Program-made: the position numbers and the translations under genes
The notes under the pieces: generated by a model
Databases searched by the model: none
The model's input: only the letters and a program-made list of their open reading frames with translations
What the model was told of the DNA's origin: nothing
NCBI GenBank assembly: GCA_005880575.1
Contig: VBIZ01000118.1
Location: 1-50,561, forward strand
Direction: 5' to 3'
Length of the DNA stretch: 50,561 nucleotides
Origin: Chloroflexota bacterium
Lineage (GTDB): Bacteria; Chloroflexota; Limnocylindria; P2-11E
In this document: in pieces, positions 18,517 to 27,734 of the stretch
Numbering within the stretch: the first letter of the stretch is position 1
Layout: each line of letters opens with the position of its first letter

Positions 18517-19289
18517 GTGCCCGTCCACACCGGCTTGCGCCGCTCGATGAAGGCGCGCACGCCCTCGCGGAAATCGGCGCTGGTGTAGCAGAGCGCGACC
18601 AGGTCGGCGGCCTCGTCGGGCAGCATGCGCGCGCGGATCCGTCGGACCATCTCCTTCGTCGCGTGCAGCGTGAGTGGCGCATACGAGGCGAGCTGCGCGA
18701 CGAGCTCGTCCACCCGCGGCTCGAGTGCAGCCTCGCTGCCGACGACCTCCGTGACCAGACCGATCGCCCGCGCTTCCTGCGCGTCGATCAGGCGCGCCGT
18801 GAAGACGAGCTCCTTCACCCGGCCGAGTCCAACGAGCGCCGCGAGGCGCACGAGGTTCGCCGCCGAAAAGCAGTTCCCGAGCGTGCGAGCGACCGGGACG
18901 CCGAAGCGCGCCGATGGCGCGGCAACGCGAAGATCGCACGCCGCCGCGATCGCCAGACCGCCACCGACGACCGGTCCGCGGAGCGCCGCGATGGTGGGGA
19001 CGCGCACGTCCTCGATCGCACCGAGCCAGCTGTCCATGCGGCGCTCGTAGTCGAGGGCCTGCGACGCCTGCGTGAAGTCGACGAACTGGGCGATGTCCGT
19101 CCCGGCGACGAACGCGTCGGGCGAGCCGCTGATCACGACGGCCTTGACCGACTCGTCCTCGTTCGCCCGGCGGCAGATCTCCGCGATGCGGTCGTACATG
19201 GCGAAGGTCAGCGCATTTCGCGCGGCAGGACGGTCGACGACGATCCGGAGCGCGCCGGCGCGGCGCTCGGTGCGGATCTCTTCGGTCAT
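18513..19289 (-). CDS. Crotonase (enoyl-CoA hydratase/isomerase) family protein
   Basis: DRPAARNAL, AFVAGTDI, GPVVGGG, ACDLR, DFREGVRAF.ERRKP. Confidence 0.93.
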   Translation of the reverse strand: MTEEIRTERRAGALRIVVDRPAARNALTFAMYDRIAEICRRANEDESVKAVVISGSPDAFVAGTDIAQFVDFTQASQALDYERRMDSWLGAIEDVRVPTIAALRGPVVGGGLAIAAACDLRVAAPSARFGVPVARTLGNCFSAANLVRLAALVGLGRVKELVFTARLIDAQEARAIGLVTEVVGSEAALEPRVDELVAQLASYAPLTLHATKEMVRRIRARMLPDEAADLVALCYTSADFREGVRAFIERRKPVWTGT

Positions 19290-20485
19290 GTGCGAGCGAT
19301 GATGCCTGCGCTCGCAAGATCGTCCACGTCGGCATCGCTCCAGCCGAGCTCCCGGAGCACGTCGGCGCTGTGCTCGCCCAGGCGGGGACCGGCGCGGCGG
19401 TGCGCGACGGGCGTGCGGCCGAGGCGCATCGGCGAGCCCAGCCCACGGAGCGTCCCGAGGACGGGGTGGTCGAGATCGACGAAGAACTTCCGCGCGAGCA
19501 GGTGCTCATCGTTGAAGACGTCGCCGTAGTCGGCGATCTCGCCACAGGGAACTCCCGCCTTGCGGAGAAGCGCGAGCCAATGCGCGGCGGGCTTCGTGCG
19601 GGTCACCTTTTCGATCGCCTCGACGAGCGCGTCGCGGTTGCGCCGTCGCGCGTTCGCGTCGGCGAACCGCGAGTCGGTCTCTAGCGGCCCGAGCCCGACG
19701 ACCCGGCAGAAGGCGGTCCAGTTCGGTGGCGTCGTAGCTCCGACAATGAAGTGGCGATCGGAGGCGGTGACCGCTTGGTATGGCGCGACGAGCTTGTGAG
19801 CCGAACCCGCGGCGCGCGGCACCTCGCCGCTCGCGAAGTACACGCCCGCTTCCCAGACCGCGAGCGACACGGCGGACTCGAACATCGATATGTCAACGAG
19901 CTGACCTTGACCGTCACGCTCTCGGGCGCGAAGCGCGGCGAGCGCCGCGATCGTCGCGTAGAGCGCGGCGGTCAGGTCCGCGATCGAGACACCCACCTTC
20001 ACCGGCGCGCCATCCGCTTCGCCGGTGATGCTCATGAGCCCGCTCTGGCCCTGCACGATGATGTCGAGCGCGGGCCGGTCGGCGTACGGCCCGTCGAGAC
20101 CCCAGCCGGTGACGGCGACGTACACCAGACGCGGGTTCGCCTCGACGAGCGAGGCCGGCGAGAGCCCCAGGTCCTCCATCGTGCCGGGCCGGAGATTCTC
20201 GACGATCACGTCGGATCGCGCAGCGAGTCTCTTGAAAACCTCGCGGCCCTCGTCGCGCTTGAGGTCGATCGCGAGACTGCGCTTGTCGCGATTGAGACGT
20301 GCGAAATTGCCGCTTTCGCCGGACGCGAGAGGCTCGAGCAGACGGGCCAGGTCCCCGGCCTTCGGATGCTCGACCTTCACGACGTCGGCGCCAAGGTCCG
20401 CGAGCTGCATCCCGCAGTACGGGCCGGCCATGTAGTTCCCGATCTCGACCACACGGATGCCCGCAAGGGGCGGGGCGCCTAGCAC
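19286..20485 (-). CDS. CoA-transferase family III (CaiB/BaiF)
   Basis: PLAGIRVVE, AGPYCG..LADLGADVVKVE, NRDKRS, ENLRPG, SIAD, PRLGEH. Start probably GTG 20485, overlapping the upstream stop. Confidence 0.95.
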   Translation of the reverse strand: MLGAPPLAGIRVVEIGNYMAGPYCGMQLADLGADVVKVEHPKAGDLARLLEPLASGESGNFARLNRDKRSLAIDLKRDEGREVFKRLAARSDVIVENLRPGTMEDLGLSPASLVEANPRLVYVAVTGWGLDGPYADRPALDIIVQGQSGLMSITGEADGAPVKVGVSIADLTAALYATIAALAALRARERDGQGQLVDISMFESAVSLAVWEAGVYFASGEVPRAAGSAHKLVAPYQAVTASDRHFIVGATTPPNWTAFCRVVGLGPLETDSRFADANARRRNRDALVEAIEKVTRTKPAAHWLALLRKAGVPCGEIADYGDVFNDEHLLARKFFVDLDHPVLGTLRGLGSPMRLGRTPVAHRRAGPRLGEHSADVLRELGWSDADVDDLASAGIIART

Positions 20486-21480
20486 GTGCCCCAGCGGTCG
20501 ATCCGGTCTCCGCTCTTTCTCCACACGCCTGCGAGCGTTCCCTCGTACCCCACGAACCAGACCTCACTGCCGCGTGCGAAGACGCTGCGCAGCGAGCAGG
20601 TCGTGCTCAGATTCGTCACCGGACTAACGGTGTTGCCCTCGACGATCAGGGCGGTCCCGGCATCTCCGACGACGTACGTGAGCGCGCCGACGCGCACCGA
20701 GGCCCGGAGCTCCTTCTGCACGCCGCTCTCGAGCGCGTGCCATTTCCCATCGAAGCGAAGGATCACGCCATCGTCTCCGGCGGCGATCGCTTCGGTGGGC
20801 GACGCGGCCGCCACGGTCCGAAGGGACGACGTCGTGCCGGTCTCGAAGGGCCGCCATCCCGCCGGCTCGAGCCGATAGGTGACGCCGCCCGCGCCGACGG
20901 CCCAGGCCGAACCGCTGGAGAAGCCCACGACGCCGTAGAGGTCCTCGGTGATCCCCTTCGCGTAGTCGAACCAACCGGTCGCGGTCTGCCGTTGCACCGT
21001 GCCGTCGGAGCCGACGACCAGCGCGCCATCCGGCATCAGCGACACGCCGTACGCGTTGAAGGACCCAACGTCGTCGGCGCGGATGGTCTTTCCGAGGTCG
21101 TCGATGCTCACCACGCGACCGAAGGAGCCGACCGCGGTGACCTCGTCGGCCCCGCACGCGGCCGCGACGAGCGAACGGAGCGTCGGGTCGACAAGCTCCC
21201 AGCGCTGCAACAGGCGATCGAAGCGTCCGATCCCGCCGCCGTCCGACACGACCCATACCGCGTCGCTGGTCGCGCATCCCGCGGACAGCGGCTGCTTGAA
21301 GACGAGCGGGCCGGTGTCGGGCTCCGGCGTCCGCGCCGGGGGGGCCGTGGGCGCGGGGGTGGGACTCGGCGCCGCTCGCGTGACGACGCCAAAGACCGCG
21401 CCGGCGCCGACCGCGAGGACGAGCATGATCGCGGCGGCGGCGAGAGCCGTGCTCGTGCGAAGCGTCCCGGGTGGAATCAG
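20479..21480 (-). CDS. Membrane-anchored BNR/Ycf48-like beta-propeller protein
   Basis: TM, Pro/Thr linker, repeated AVG..G blades. Reading frame is open upstream of ATG 21426 to a CTG at 21480 overlapping the htpX stop. Confidence 0.75.
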   Translation of the reverse strand: MIPPGTLRTSTALAAAAIMLVLAVGAGAVFGVVTRAAPSPTPAPTAPPARTPEPDTGPLVFKQPLSAGCATSDAVWVVSDGGGIGRFDRLLQRWELVDPTLRSLVAAACGADEVTAVGSFGRVVSIDDLGKTIRADDVGSFNAYGVSLMPDGALVVGSDGTVQRQTATGWFDYAKGITEDLYGVVGFSSGSAWAVGAGGVTYRLEPAGWRPFETGTTSSLRTVAAASPTEAIAAGDDGVILRFDGKWHALESGVQKELRASVRVGALTYVVGDAGTALIVEGNTVSPVTNLSTTCSLRSVFARGSEVWFVGYEGTLAGVWRKSGDRIDRWGTC

Positions 21481-22400
21481 TCCATAGCCTCGAGTCTCTT
21501 TATGCGCTCCTCGATCGGCGGATGGGTGTCGAAGAGGTGGTCAAAGAAAGCCGGCGCGTCCTTCAGTGGGTTGGCGATATACAGGGAGGCCGTCGCCTTG
21601 TTGGCGACCTCGAGCGGCTCCTTGTCTGCTGCGATCTTGCGAAGAGCGGACGCGAGACCCGGCGGGTAACGGGTGAGGAGCGCGCCCGATGCGTCGGCAA
21701 GGTACTCGCGCTGTCGCGAGACCGCGAGCTGAATGAGCGTCGCGATGATCGGCGTCAGGACCGCGAGGGCTATCGCAATGACCGCGATGATCGCGCCGGC
21801 GCCGCCGCGGTCGCGGTCGCGTCCACGCCCCCAGAACATCGAGCGCCACATCCAGTCAGCGAGAAGGGCGACCGTCCCGACGAGCACGGTCACAAGGACC
21901 ATGACGCGGATATCGCGGTTGCCGACGTGTGAAAGCTCGTGCGCGATCACGCCCTCGAGCTCGGTGCGGTCGAGCTTGTCGAGAAGGCCGCGCGTCACCG
22001 CAATGGATGCGTGCTGGGGATCGCGCCCGGTCGCAAACGCGTTCGGCGCCGAGTCCTCGATCACGTAGATCTTCGGCGTGGGGATCCCCAGGCCGAGCGC
22101 GAGCGCTTCCACGATGTTACGGAGCTGCGGCTCCTCGCTCGCCCCGAGCTCGCGGGCCTGGCTCTGCGCGAGGATCAGCTTGTCGCCGGCGAAGTACGAC
22201 ACGAGCGCGCCGCCGATCGATATCGCGAACGCGAACGGCAGTGCCGCGACGCCCCCGCCCGGCGCGAAATACTCGCCGACGAAATAGGCGAGCAGGGCGA
22301 CCAGAGCGGTGAACGCCGCGATCAGGAGCAGCGTGCGCCAGCGATTCGCGGCGGCCGCGTCGTAGATCGAGAGTCGCGCGGGAGTGGGATCGGTGGTCAC
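21477..22400 (-). CDS. htpX: M48 zinc metalloprotease HtpX
   Basis: PNAFATG, ELEGVIAHELSH (HExxH), SRQREYLAD, THPPIEERI. Confidence 0.95.
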   Translation of the reverse strand: MTTDPTPARLSIYDAAAANRWRTLLLIAAFTALVALLAYFVGEYFAPGGGVAALPFAFAISIGGALVSYFAGDKLILAQSQARELGASEEPQLRNIVEALALGLGIPTPKIYVIEDSAPNAFATGRDPQHASIAVTRGLLDKLDRTELEGVIAHELSHVGNRDIRVMVLVTVLVGTVALLADWMWRSMFWGRGRDRDRGGAGAIIAVIAIALAVLTPIIATLIQLAVSRQREYLADASGALLTRYPPGLASALRKIAADKEPLEVANKATASLYIANPLKDAPAFFDHLFDTHPPIEERIKRLEAMD

Positions 22401-22421
22401 GCTACTGAGGCTAGAGCCTCG

Positions 22422-22982
22422 CTAGAACTTCACCTGGGGCACCTCGCGCTCGGCCGCGTCGGCGAGCTCGAAATACTGTTCGGCCTTGAACCCGAACATC
22501 CCGGCGAAGACGTTCGTCGGAAAGGTCTGGAGCGAGGTGTTGTAGTCGCGGACGTTCCCGTTGTAGAACCGGCGCGCGAACGAGATCTTGTCCTCGGTCG
22601 CGGTCAGGTTCTCGGACAGATCCTTGAACTCCTGGACCGCCTGCAGCTGCGGATAGTTCTCGGCGACAGCGAAGACCGACCGCAGCGCGCTGGTGAGCAT
22701 GTTCTCGGCCTGCGCCCGCTGTTCCGGTGTCGCGGAGGATCCGGCCGCCACCGCGGCCGCGCGGGCTTCCGTCACCTTCTGAAAGACGGTCGACTCGTGC
22801 GTCGCGTAGCCCTTGACGGTCTCGACGAGGTTCGGGATGAGGTCGTGGCGCCGCTTGAGTTGGACGTCGATGTCCGCCCAGGCCTCCTTCACGCGCTGGC
22901 GCAGCGTGATGAGACGGTTGTATGTCGCGACGAAAAACAGCGCGAGCGCCCCAATGATGACGAGGACGACGATGATCTCCAC
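22422..22982 (-). CDS. lemA: LemA family protein
   Basis: YNRL, AWADIDVQLKRRHDLIPNLV, ENYPQL, RRFYN, FP.N. Confidence 0.96.
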   Translation of the reverse strand: MEIIVVLVIIGALALFFVATYNRLITLRQRVKEAWADIDVQLKRRHDLIPNLVETVKGYATHESTVFQKVTEARAAAVAAGSSATPEQRAQAENMLTSALRSVFAVAENYPQLQAVQEFKDLSENLTATEDKISFARRFYNGNVRDYNTSLQTFPTNVFAGMFGFKAEQYFELADAAEREVPQVKF

Positions 22983-23020
22983 GAACCCTCCCCTGGCGCT
23001 GCGAGGCTAGCAGAAGGTGC

Positions 23021-24883
23021 CTAGCCGAGGAGCGCTTTCACCGCCCGGACGATGTGCACCGTGCTTATGCCGGCGTCGTCGAGCATCTCTGCGGGCTTGC
23101 CGGATCCCGGCATCTTCCGGACCGCGAGGTGCCGGTAGCGCAGATCGCGGAAGCCGCGATCCGCGAGCGCGGCAAGGACCGCGTCGCCGATACCACCCTC
23201 GACCCAGTGATCCTCGACCACGACGATCCGACCGCCGGTAGCGCGCGCCGCGTCCACGAGCGTGTCCGCGTCGATGGGCTTCACCGTGTAGAGGTCGATC
23301 ACGCGGACGGGAATGTCTTCGTGGGCGAGGACGTCGACCGCTTTCAGCGCCTCGTGCAGCGTGATGCCGGCCGCGACGATCGTGACGCGGTCCTTGCTCG
23401 AGCCACCACGCACGACCTTGCTGCCCCCGATAGGGAAGCTCTCGCCCTTGTCGTAAATGATGCCGGTCTTCTCGCGCGTGGTCCTGAGGTACGTGATCCC
23501 CTCGCGGTCGGCCATCTGAGCGACGAGCTTCGCGGTCTGGTTCCCGTCCGAGGGGTAGAGCACGGTGCTGCCAAAGACCGCGCGCATCATCGCGAGATCC
23601 TCGAGGCCCATCTGCGATGGACCGTCCTCACCGATCGAGACCCCGGCATGCGACCCGACGAGGCGGATGTTCGCGCGTGAGATCGCCGCCATGCGGACGA
23701 AGTCGTACGCGCGTGTGAAAAATGCGGCGAAGGTCGACGCGAAGGGGACCAGGTCGACGACCTGCATGCCGACAGCGGCCGCGACCATCCTCTGCTCGGC
23801 GATGTACATCTCGAAGAACCGCTCGGGCGCCGTCTTCTTGAAGTCCTCGGCGTGCGTCGAGTTCGAGACCTCCGCGTCCAGCACGACGACGTCCTTGCGC
23901 GCGGCCCCGAGCGCGGCGAGCGCCTCGCCGTAGGCCTTCCGCGTCGCGATCGGCTCGGTGTAGGTCTTGAGCGCGAGCGATCCGGATCGCTGCATCGACG
24001 GACGTTCCCACCGCTCGGGCTTCGCGACCGAGACCGTGCGCGAGCGCGTCTCGCCGCCGAGCTCCGCGATCGCCTGCTTCGCCTGCTCGGGGTCGAGGGC
24101 CTTGCCGTGCCAGCCTTCCTTGTTCTCGAGGAACGACACGCCCTTGCCCTTCACGGTCCGCGCGAGGATCGCGGTCGGCCGTGCGGCGCCGCGCGCGCGG
24201 GCGTATGCGTCGTCGATTTCGGCGAGATCGTGTCCATCGATGACGATGGGATCGACACCGAAGGCGCGAACGCGCGCGGCGTACGCGCTCATGTCCCACT
24301 CGAGCTCGGTCGGCCCGCGCTGGCCCAGGCGGTTCACGTCGACGATCGCGGTGAGATTGGCGAGACCCTCGTGTCCGGCCTGGTCGAAGGCTTCCCAGAT
24401 CGAGCCCTCCGCGGTCTCGCTGTCGCCGACGAGGACCCACACGTGATAAGGGGCGTCGAAGACGCGCTTCCCGGCGAGCGCGACGCCGACGCCGATCGGG
24501 AGGCCCTGCCCGAGCGATCCCGTGGCGACGTCGACCCACGGAAGGATCGGCGTGGGATGCCCCTCCAGGCGGCTGCCGAGCTTGCGGAACGTCATGAGCT
24601 CGTCGTCGCTGATCGCGCCCGCCGCTTTGAACATCGCGTACACGAGCGGCGACGCGTGGCCCTTCGAAAAGATGAGGTGATCGTTCGCCGGGTTGTCCGG
24701 CTGCCCGAAGTCATACCGGAGATGACCGCCGAGCAGGACCGCGATGAGGTCCGCTGCGGAGAGCGACGAGGTCGGGTGCCCCGATCCGGCCGCGGTGGAG
24801 CAGCGAATGCTGTCGATGCGAAGCTGCCGAGCGAGGTCCTTGTACGTCTGAAGCTTGGTGTCGGCCTTTACCTCGGTGGTCAC
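23021..24883 (-). CDS. tkt: Transketolase (short, about 620-aa type)
   Basis: C-terminal part of ORF 23021..26326; GTG 24883 after GGAGG; SGHPTSS, SKGH, TGSLGQG, GDSE..EG, GEDGPSQ. Confidence 0.95.
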   Translation of the reverse strand: MTTEVKADTKLQTYKDLARQLRIDSIRCSTAAGSGHPTSSLSAADLIAVLLGGHLRYDFGQPDNPANDHLIFSKGHASPLVYAMFKAAGAISDDELMTFRKLGSRLEGHPTPILPWVDVATGSLGQGLPIGVGVALAGKRVFDAPYHVWVLVGDSETAEGSIWEAFDQAGHEGLANLTAIVDVNRLGQRGPTELEWDMSAYAARVRAFGVDPIVIDGHDLAEIDDAYARARGAARPTAILARTVKGKGVSFLENKEGWHGKALDPEQAKQAIAELGGETRSRTVSVAKPERWERPSMQRSGSLALKTYTEPIATRKAYGEALAALGAARKDVVVLDAEVSNSTHAEDFKKTAPERFFEMYIAEQRMVAAAVGMQVVDLVPFASTFAAFFTRAYDFVRMAAISRANIRLVGSHAGVSIGEDGPSQMGLEDLAMMRAVFGSTVLYPSDGNQTAKLVAQMADREGITYLRTTREKTGIIYDKGESFPIGGSKVVRGGSSKDRVTIVAAGITLHEALKAVDVLAHEDIPVRVIDLYTVKPIDADTLVDAARATGGRIVVVEDHWVEGGIGDAVLAALADRGFRDLRYRHLAVRKMPGSGKPAEMLDDAGISTVHIVRAVKALLG

Positions 24884-24939
24884 GCCTCCACGGTACGCCG
24901 CCGGCCGCGCGGGCGCGAGACAACCGCATGCCGGCGAGG

Positions 24940-25264
24940 AGCGAGACCTCGGCGCACCTCCGGCAGGGCCGCCACCGCTCGGCGTGGGAACGCGTCGATG
25001 TCCCAGCACCGACCACGATGTGATCACCGTGCTCTTCGAGGCGCGCGCGCCTCGCCCGCGACTGGGCGATGGACCGCCGATGCGAGAGCACAAAGTGTGT
25101 CGCAGCTTGACGGACGAGGACCGCAGCCGATGTCCGCAGCCTTCGACCGAAAACGCCATGACGAGCGCGTCCGCGTTGTCGGTCGGGCTCGGCCACCCGC
25201 CCAAGAACTCGCGAGAGCGCGTCAGATCGAACGGTCCCTTCGGTGTCATCGTGAATCGCCTCAC
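24940..25264 (-). pseudogene. Frameshifted, internally deleted remnant of an AlkA-like DNA-3-methyladenine glycosylase
   Basis: Fragments in different frames: TPKGPFDLTRS..., AFSVEG/(W)RTSAAVLVRQ, HFVLSHRRSIAQ...RARL..HG, DAFP/TP. Confidence 0.55.
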
Positions 25265-25306
25265 GGGTGTCGGATTCTGGCGTACCGTCTGCGGCGGAGG
25301 GCGAAC

Positions 25307-26206
25307 ATGGAGATCGGTCTTTACGGCTTGGGGCGCATGGGCGGGAACATGGTCACTCGGCTCGCGAGGGGCGGGCACCGCGTGATCGCGGGGAACCGCA
25401 GCCCCGAGCCGGTGCAGGAAGCAGCGAAGCATGGCGCGGTCCCGTCGAGCTCGGTCGAAGACATGGTCAAGAAGATGAAGCCGCCCCGTGTCCTCTGGGC
25501 GATGGTCCCCGCCGGCGAGCCGACCGACCACGCGCTCGACGAGTTCGCTCGCTTCGGCTCGCCCGGCGACGTGCTCGTCGATGGCGGCAACAGCTACTTC
25601 CGCGATTCGATGCGCCGCGCGGAGAAATACAGTGCAATGGGTTTTCGCTTCCTCGACGTCGGCGTGTCGGGTGGGATCTGGGGACTCGAGAACGGCTACT
25701 GCATGATGGTGGGCGGTCCCGCCGATGCGGTCGCGATCACGAAGCCCGTGCTCGATACGCTCGCGCCCCCGAACGGCTGGGCGCACTTCGGAAAGAGCGG
25801 CGCGGGGCATTTCGTGAAGATGGTCCACAACGGGATCGAGTACGGAATGATGCAGGCGTACGGCGAGGGATTCGAGCTTCTGCACGCGAGCGAATTCGAT
25901 CTCGACCTTCGGAAGGTCTCCACCGTATGGCTCCAGGGCAGCGTCGTCCGGTCGTGGCTGCTCGAGCTCGCGGAGCGCGCGTTCGAGCAGGAAGGGAGCG
26001 ACTTGAAGAACATCAGGGGCTGGGTCGAGGACTCGGGCGAGGGCCGTTGGACCGTGCTCGAGGCAGTGACTCACGGCGTGCCCATGACCGCCATCGCGCA
26101 CTCCCTCTTCGCGCGGTTCGTGTCCCGGCAGGAAGACAGCTACGCGATGAAGGTCGCGGCCGCGCTCCGCAATCAGTTCGGCGGTCACGCCGTGAAGAAG
26201 GACTAA
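25307..26206 (+). CDS. gnd: 6-phosphogluconate dehydrogenase, decarboxylating (short form)
   Basis: ATG 25307 after GGAGG; GLGRMG, DGGNS, DVGVSGG, GHFVKMVHNGIEYG, DSGEGRW, RNQFGGH. Confidence 0.96.
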   Translation: MEIGLYGLGRMGGNMVTRLARGGHRVIAGNRSPEPVQEAAKHGAVPSSSVEDMVKKMKPPRVLWAMVPAGEPTDHALDEFARFGSPGDVLVDGGNSYFRDSMRRAEKYSAMGFRFLDVGVSGGIWGLENGYCMMVGGPADAVAITKPVLDTLAPPNGWAHFGKSGAGHFVKMVHNGIEYGMMQAYGEGFELLHASEFDLDLRKVSTVWLQGSVVRSWLLELAERAFEQEGSDLKNIRGWVEDSGEGRWTVLEAVTHGVPMTAIAHSLFARFVSRQEDSYAMKVAAALRNQFGGHAVKKD

Positions 26207-26210
26207 GGCA

Positions 26211-27734
26211 CTGGCAACCTCGACGCTCAACCCGCTGCGCGAGGGGCTGCGGCTCTCGCGTATCCCCGAGCCCTCGACGATCGTCATCTTCGGCGGATCC
26301 GGTGACCTCGCGCAGCGCAAGCTCATCCCCGCGCTCTACAACCTCGCGCTGCAGCGGCTCCTCCCGGCGACGTTCTCCGTCGTGGGCACGGCGCGGAAGC
26401 CGCTGAGCCACGAGGGATATCGCGAGGAGCTGCGCGCCGCCGTTGCTCAGTACAGCCGGACGCGACCGCTGAACGAAGAGGTCTGGCGCAGCTTCGCGGA
26501 GCACCTGCATTACGTTGCGACGCCGGACGATGCCGGGTACGAGGAGCTGCGGCGCACGCTCGAGCAGCTCGACTTCGCGCTCGGCACGCATGCCAACCGC
26601 CTCTTCTACCTCGCGACCCCGCCGCCCGCTTACAAGGCGATCGTCGAAGCGATCGCCCAGCACCGTCTGCGCGGGGAGTCCGGATGGGCGCGCATCGTCG
26701 TCGAGAAGCCGTTCGGCCACGATCGCGCATCCGCGCTCGAGCTCAACGAGATCGTGCACACCGTCTTCCGCGAGGACGAGGTGTTCCGCATCGACCACTA
26801 CCTCGGCAAGGAGACGGTCCAGAACATCCTCGTGATGCGTTTCTCAAACGGCATCTTCGAGCCGATCTGGAACCGGCAGTACGTGGATCACGTCCAGATC
26901 ACGGTGGCTGAGACGATCGGTGTGGGCGAGCGCGCCGGTTACTACGAGCAGGCGGGCGCGATGCGCGACATCGTGCAGAACCACCTGCTCCAGCTTCTCG
27001 CCCTCGTCTCGATGGAGCCGCCCGCCGCGTTCGACGACAAGGCGGTCCGCGACGAGAAAGTGAAGGTGATGCGGGCGCTTCGCCGGATCGCGGGCGACGA
27101 CGTGTCGATGAACGCGGTGCGGGGCCAGTACACGCGAGGCTTCATCGAGGGCGTCCCCGTACCGGGATATCGCGAGGAGCCGGGTGTCGCGCCCGACTCG
27201 CGGACCGAGACGTACGTCGCCCTGAAGCTCTGGGTCGACAACTGGCGCTGGGAGGGCATTCCGTTCTACGTCAGGACCGGAAAGCGGCTTCCCAAACAGT
27301 CGACGGAGATCGCCATCCAGTTCCGGGTCGCACCGCATCAGCTCTTCTCCCGTGAGGCTCTCGCGGGCCTCGAGCCGAACGCACTCGTCCTGCGGATCCA
27401 ACCGGACGAAGGCATCTCGCTGCGGTTCGGCGCGAAGGTCCCGGTGCAGGGGATCCGCATACGCGCGGTCAACATGGACTTCGACTACGGCGCGTCCTTC
27501 ATGGTCGACGCACCGGATGCGTACGAGACGCTCATCCTGGACGCGCTCCGCGGCGACGCGACGCTCTTCACGCGACACGACGAGGTCGACCAGCAATGGG
27601 CGTTCGTCGACCCGATCATCGCCGGCTGGGCCGAGTCGTCGGAGCGCCCGGCCCTGTACGAAGCGGGCACCTGGGGCCCGGCCGAAGCGGATGCGCTCGT
27701 CGAGCGGGACGGACGGAAATGGCGGAAGGCGTAG
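26211..27734 (+). CDS. zwf: Glucose-6-phosphate 1-dehydrogenase
   Basis: IFGGSGDLAQRKL lies upstream of the track start 26382; also EKPFG, RIDHYLGKE, RTGKR. Probable CTG start at 26211. Confidence 0.96.
   Translation: MATSTLNPLREGLRLSRIPEPSTIVIFGGSGDLAQRKLIPALYNLALQRLLPATFSVVGTARKPLSHEGYREELRAAVAQYSRTRPLNEEVWRSFAEHLHYVATPDDAGYEELRRTLEQLDFALGTHANRLFYLATPPPAYKAIVEAIAQHRLRGESGWARIVVEKPFGHDRASALELNEIVHTVFREDEVFRIDHYLGKETVQNILVMRFSNGIFEPIWNRQYVDHVQITVAETIGVGERAGYYEQAGAMRDIVQNHLLQLLALVSMEPPAAFDDKAVRDEKVKVMRALRRIAGDDVSMNAVRGQYTRGFIEGVPVPGYREEPGVAPDSRTETYVALKLWVDNWRWEGIPFYVRTGKRLPKQSTEIAIQFRVAPHQLFSREALAGLEPNALVLRIQPDEGISLRFGAKVPVQGIRIRAVNMDFDYGASFMVDAPDAYETLILDALRGDATLFTRHDEVDQQWAFVDPIIAGWAESSERPALYEAGTWGPAEADALVERDGRKWRKA

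Noticed and set aside
23021-26326. Apparent 1101-aa transketolase fusion and 784-aa Gnd fusion
   Set aside because: The extensions are read-through of antisense or pseudogene sequence; both genes have clear SD-linked starts at 24883 and 25307.
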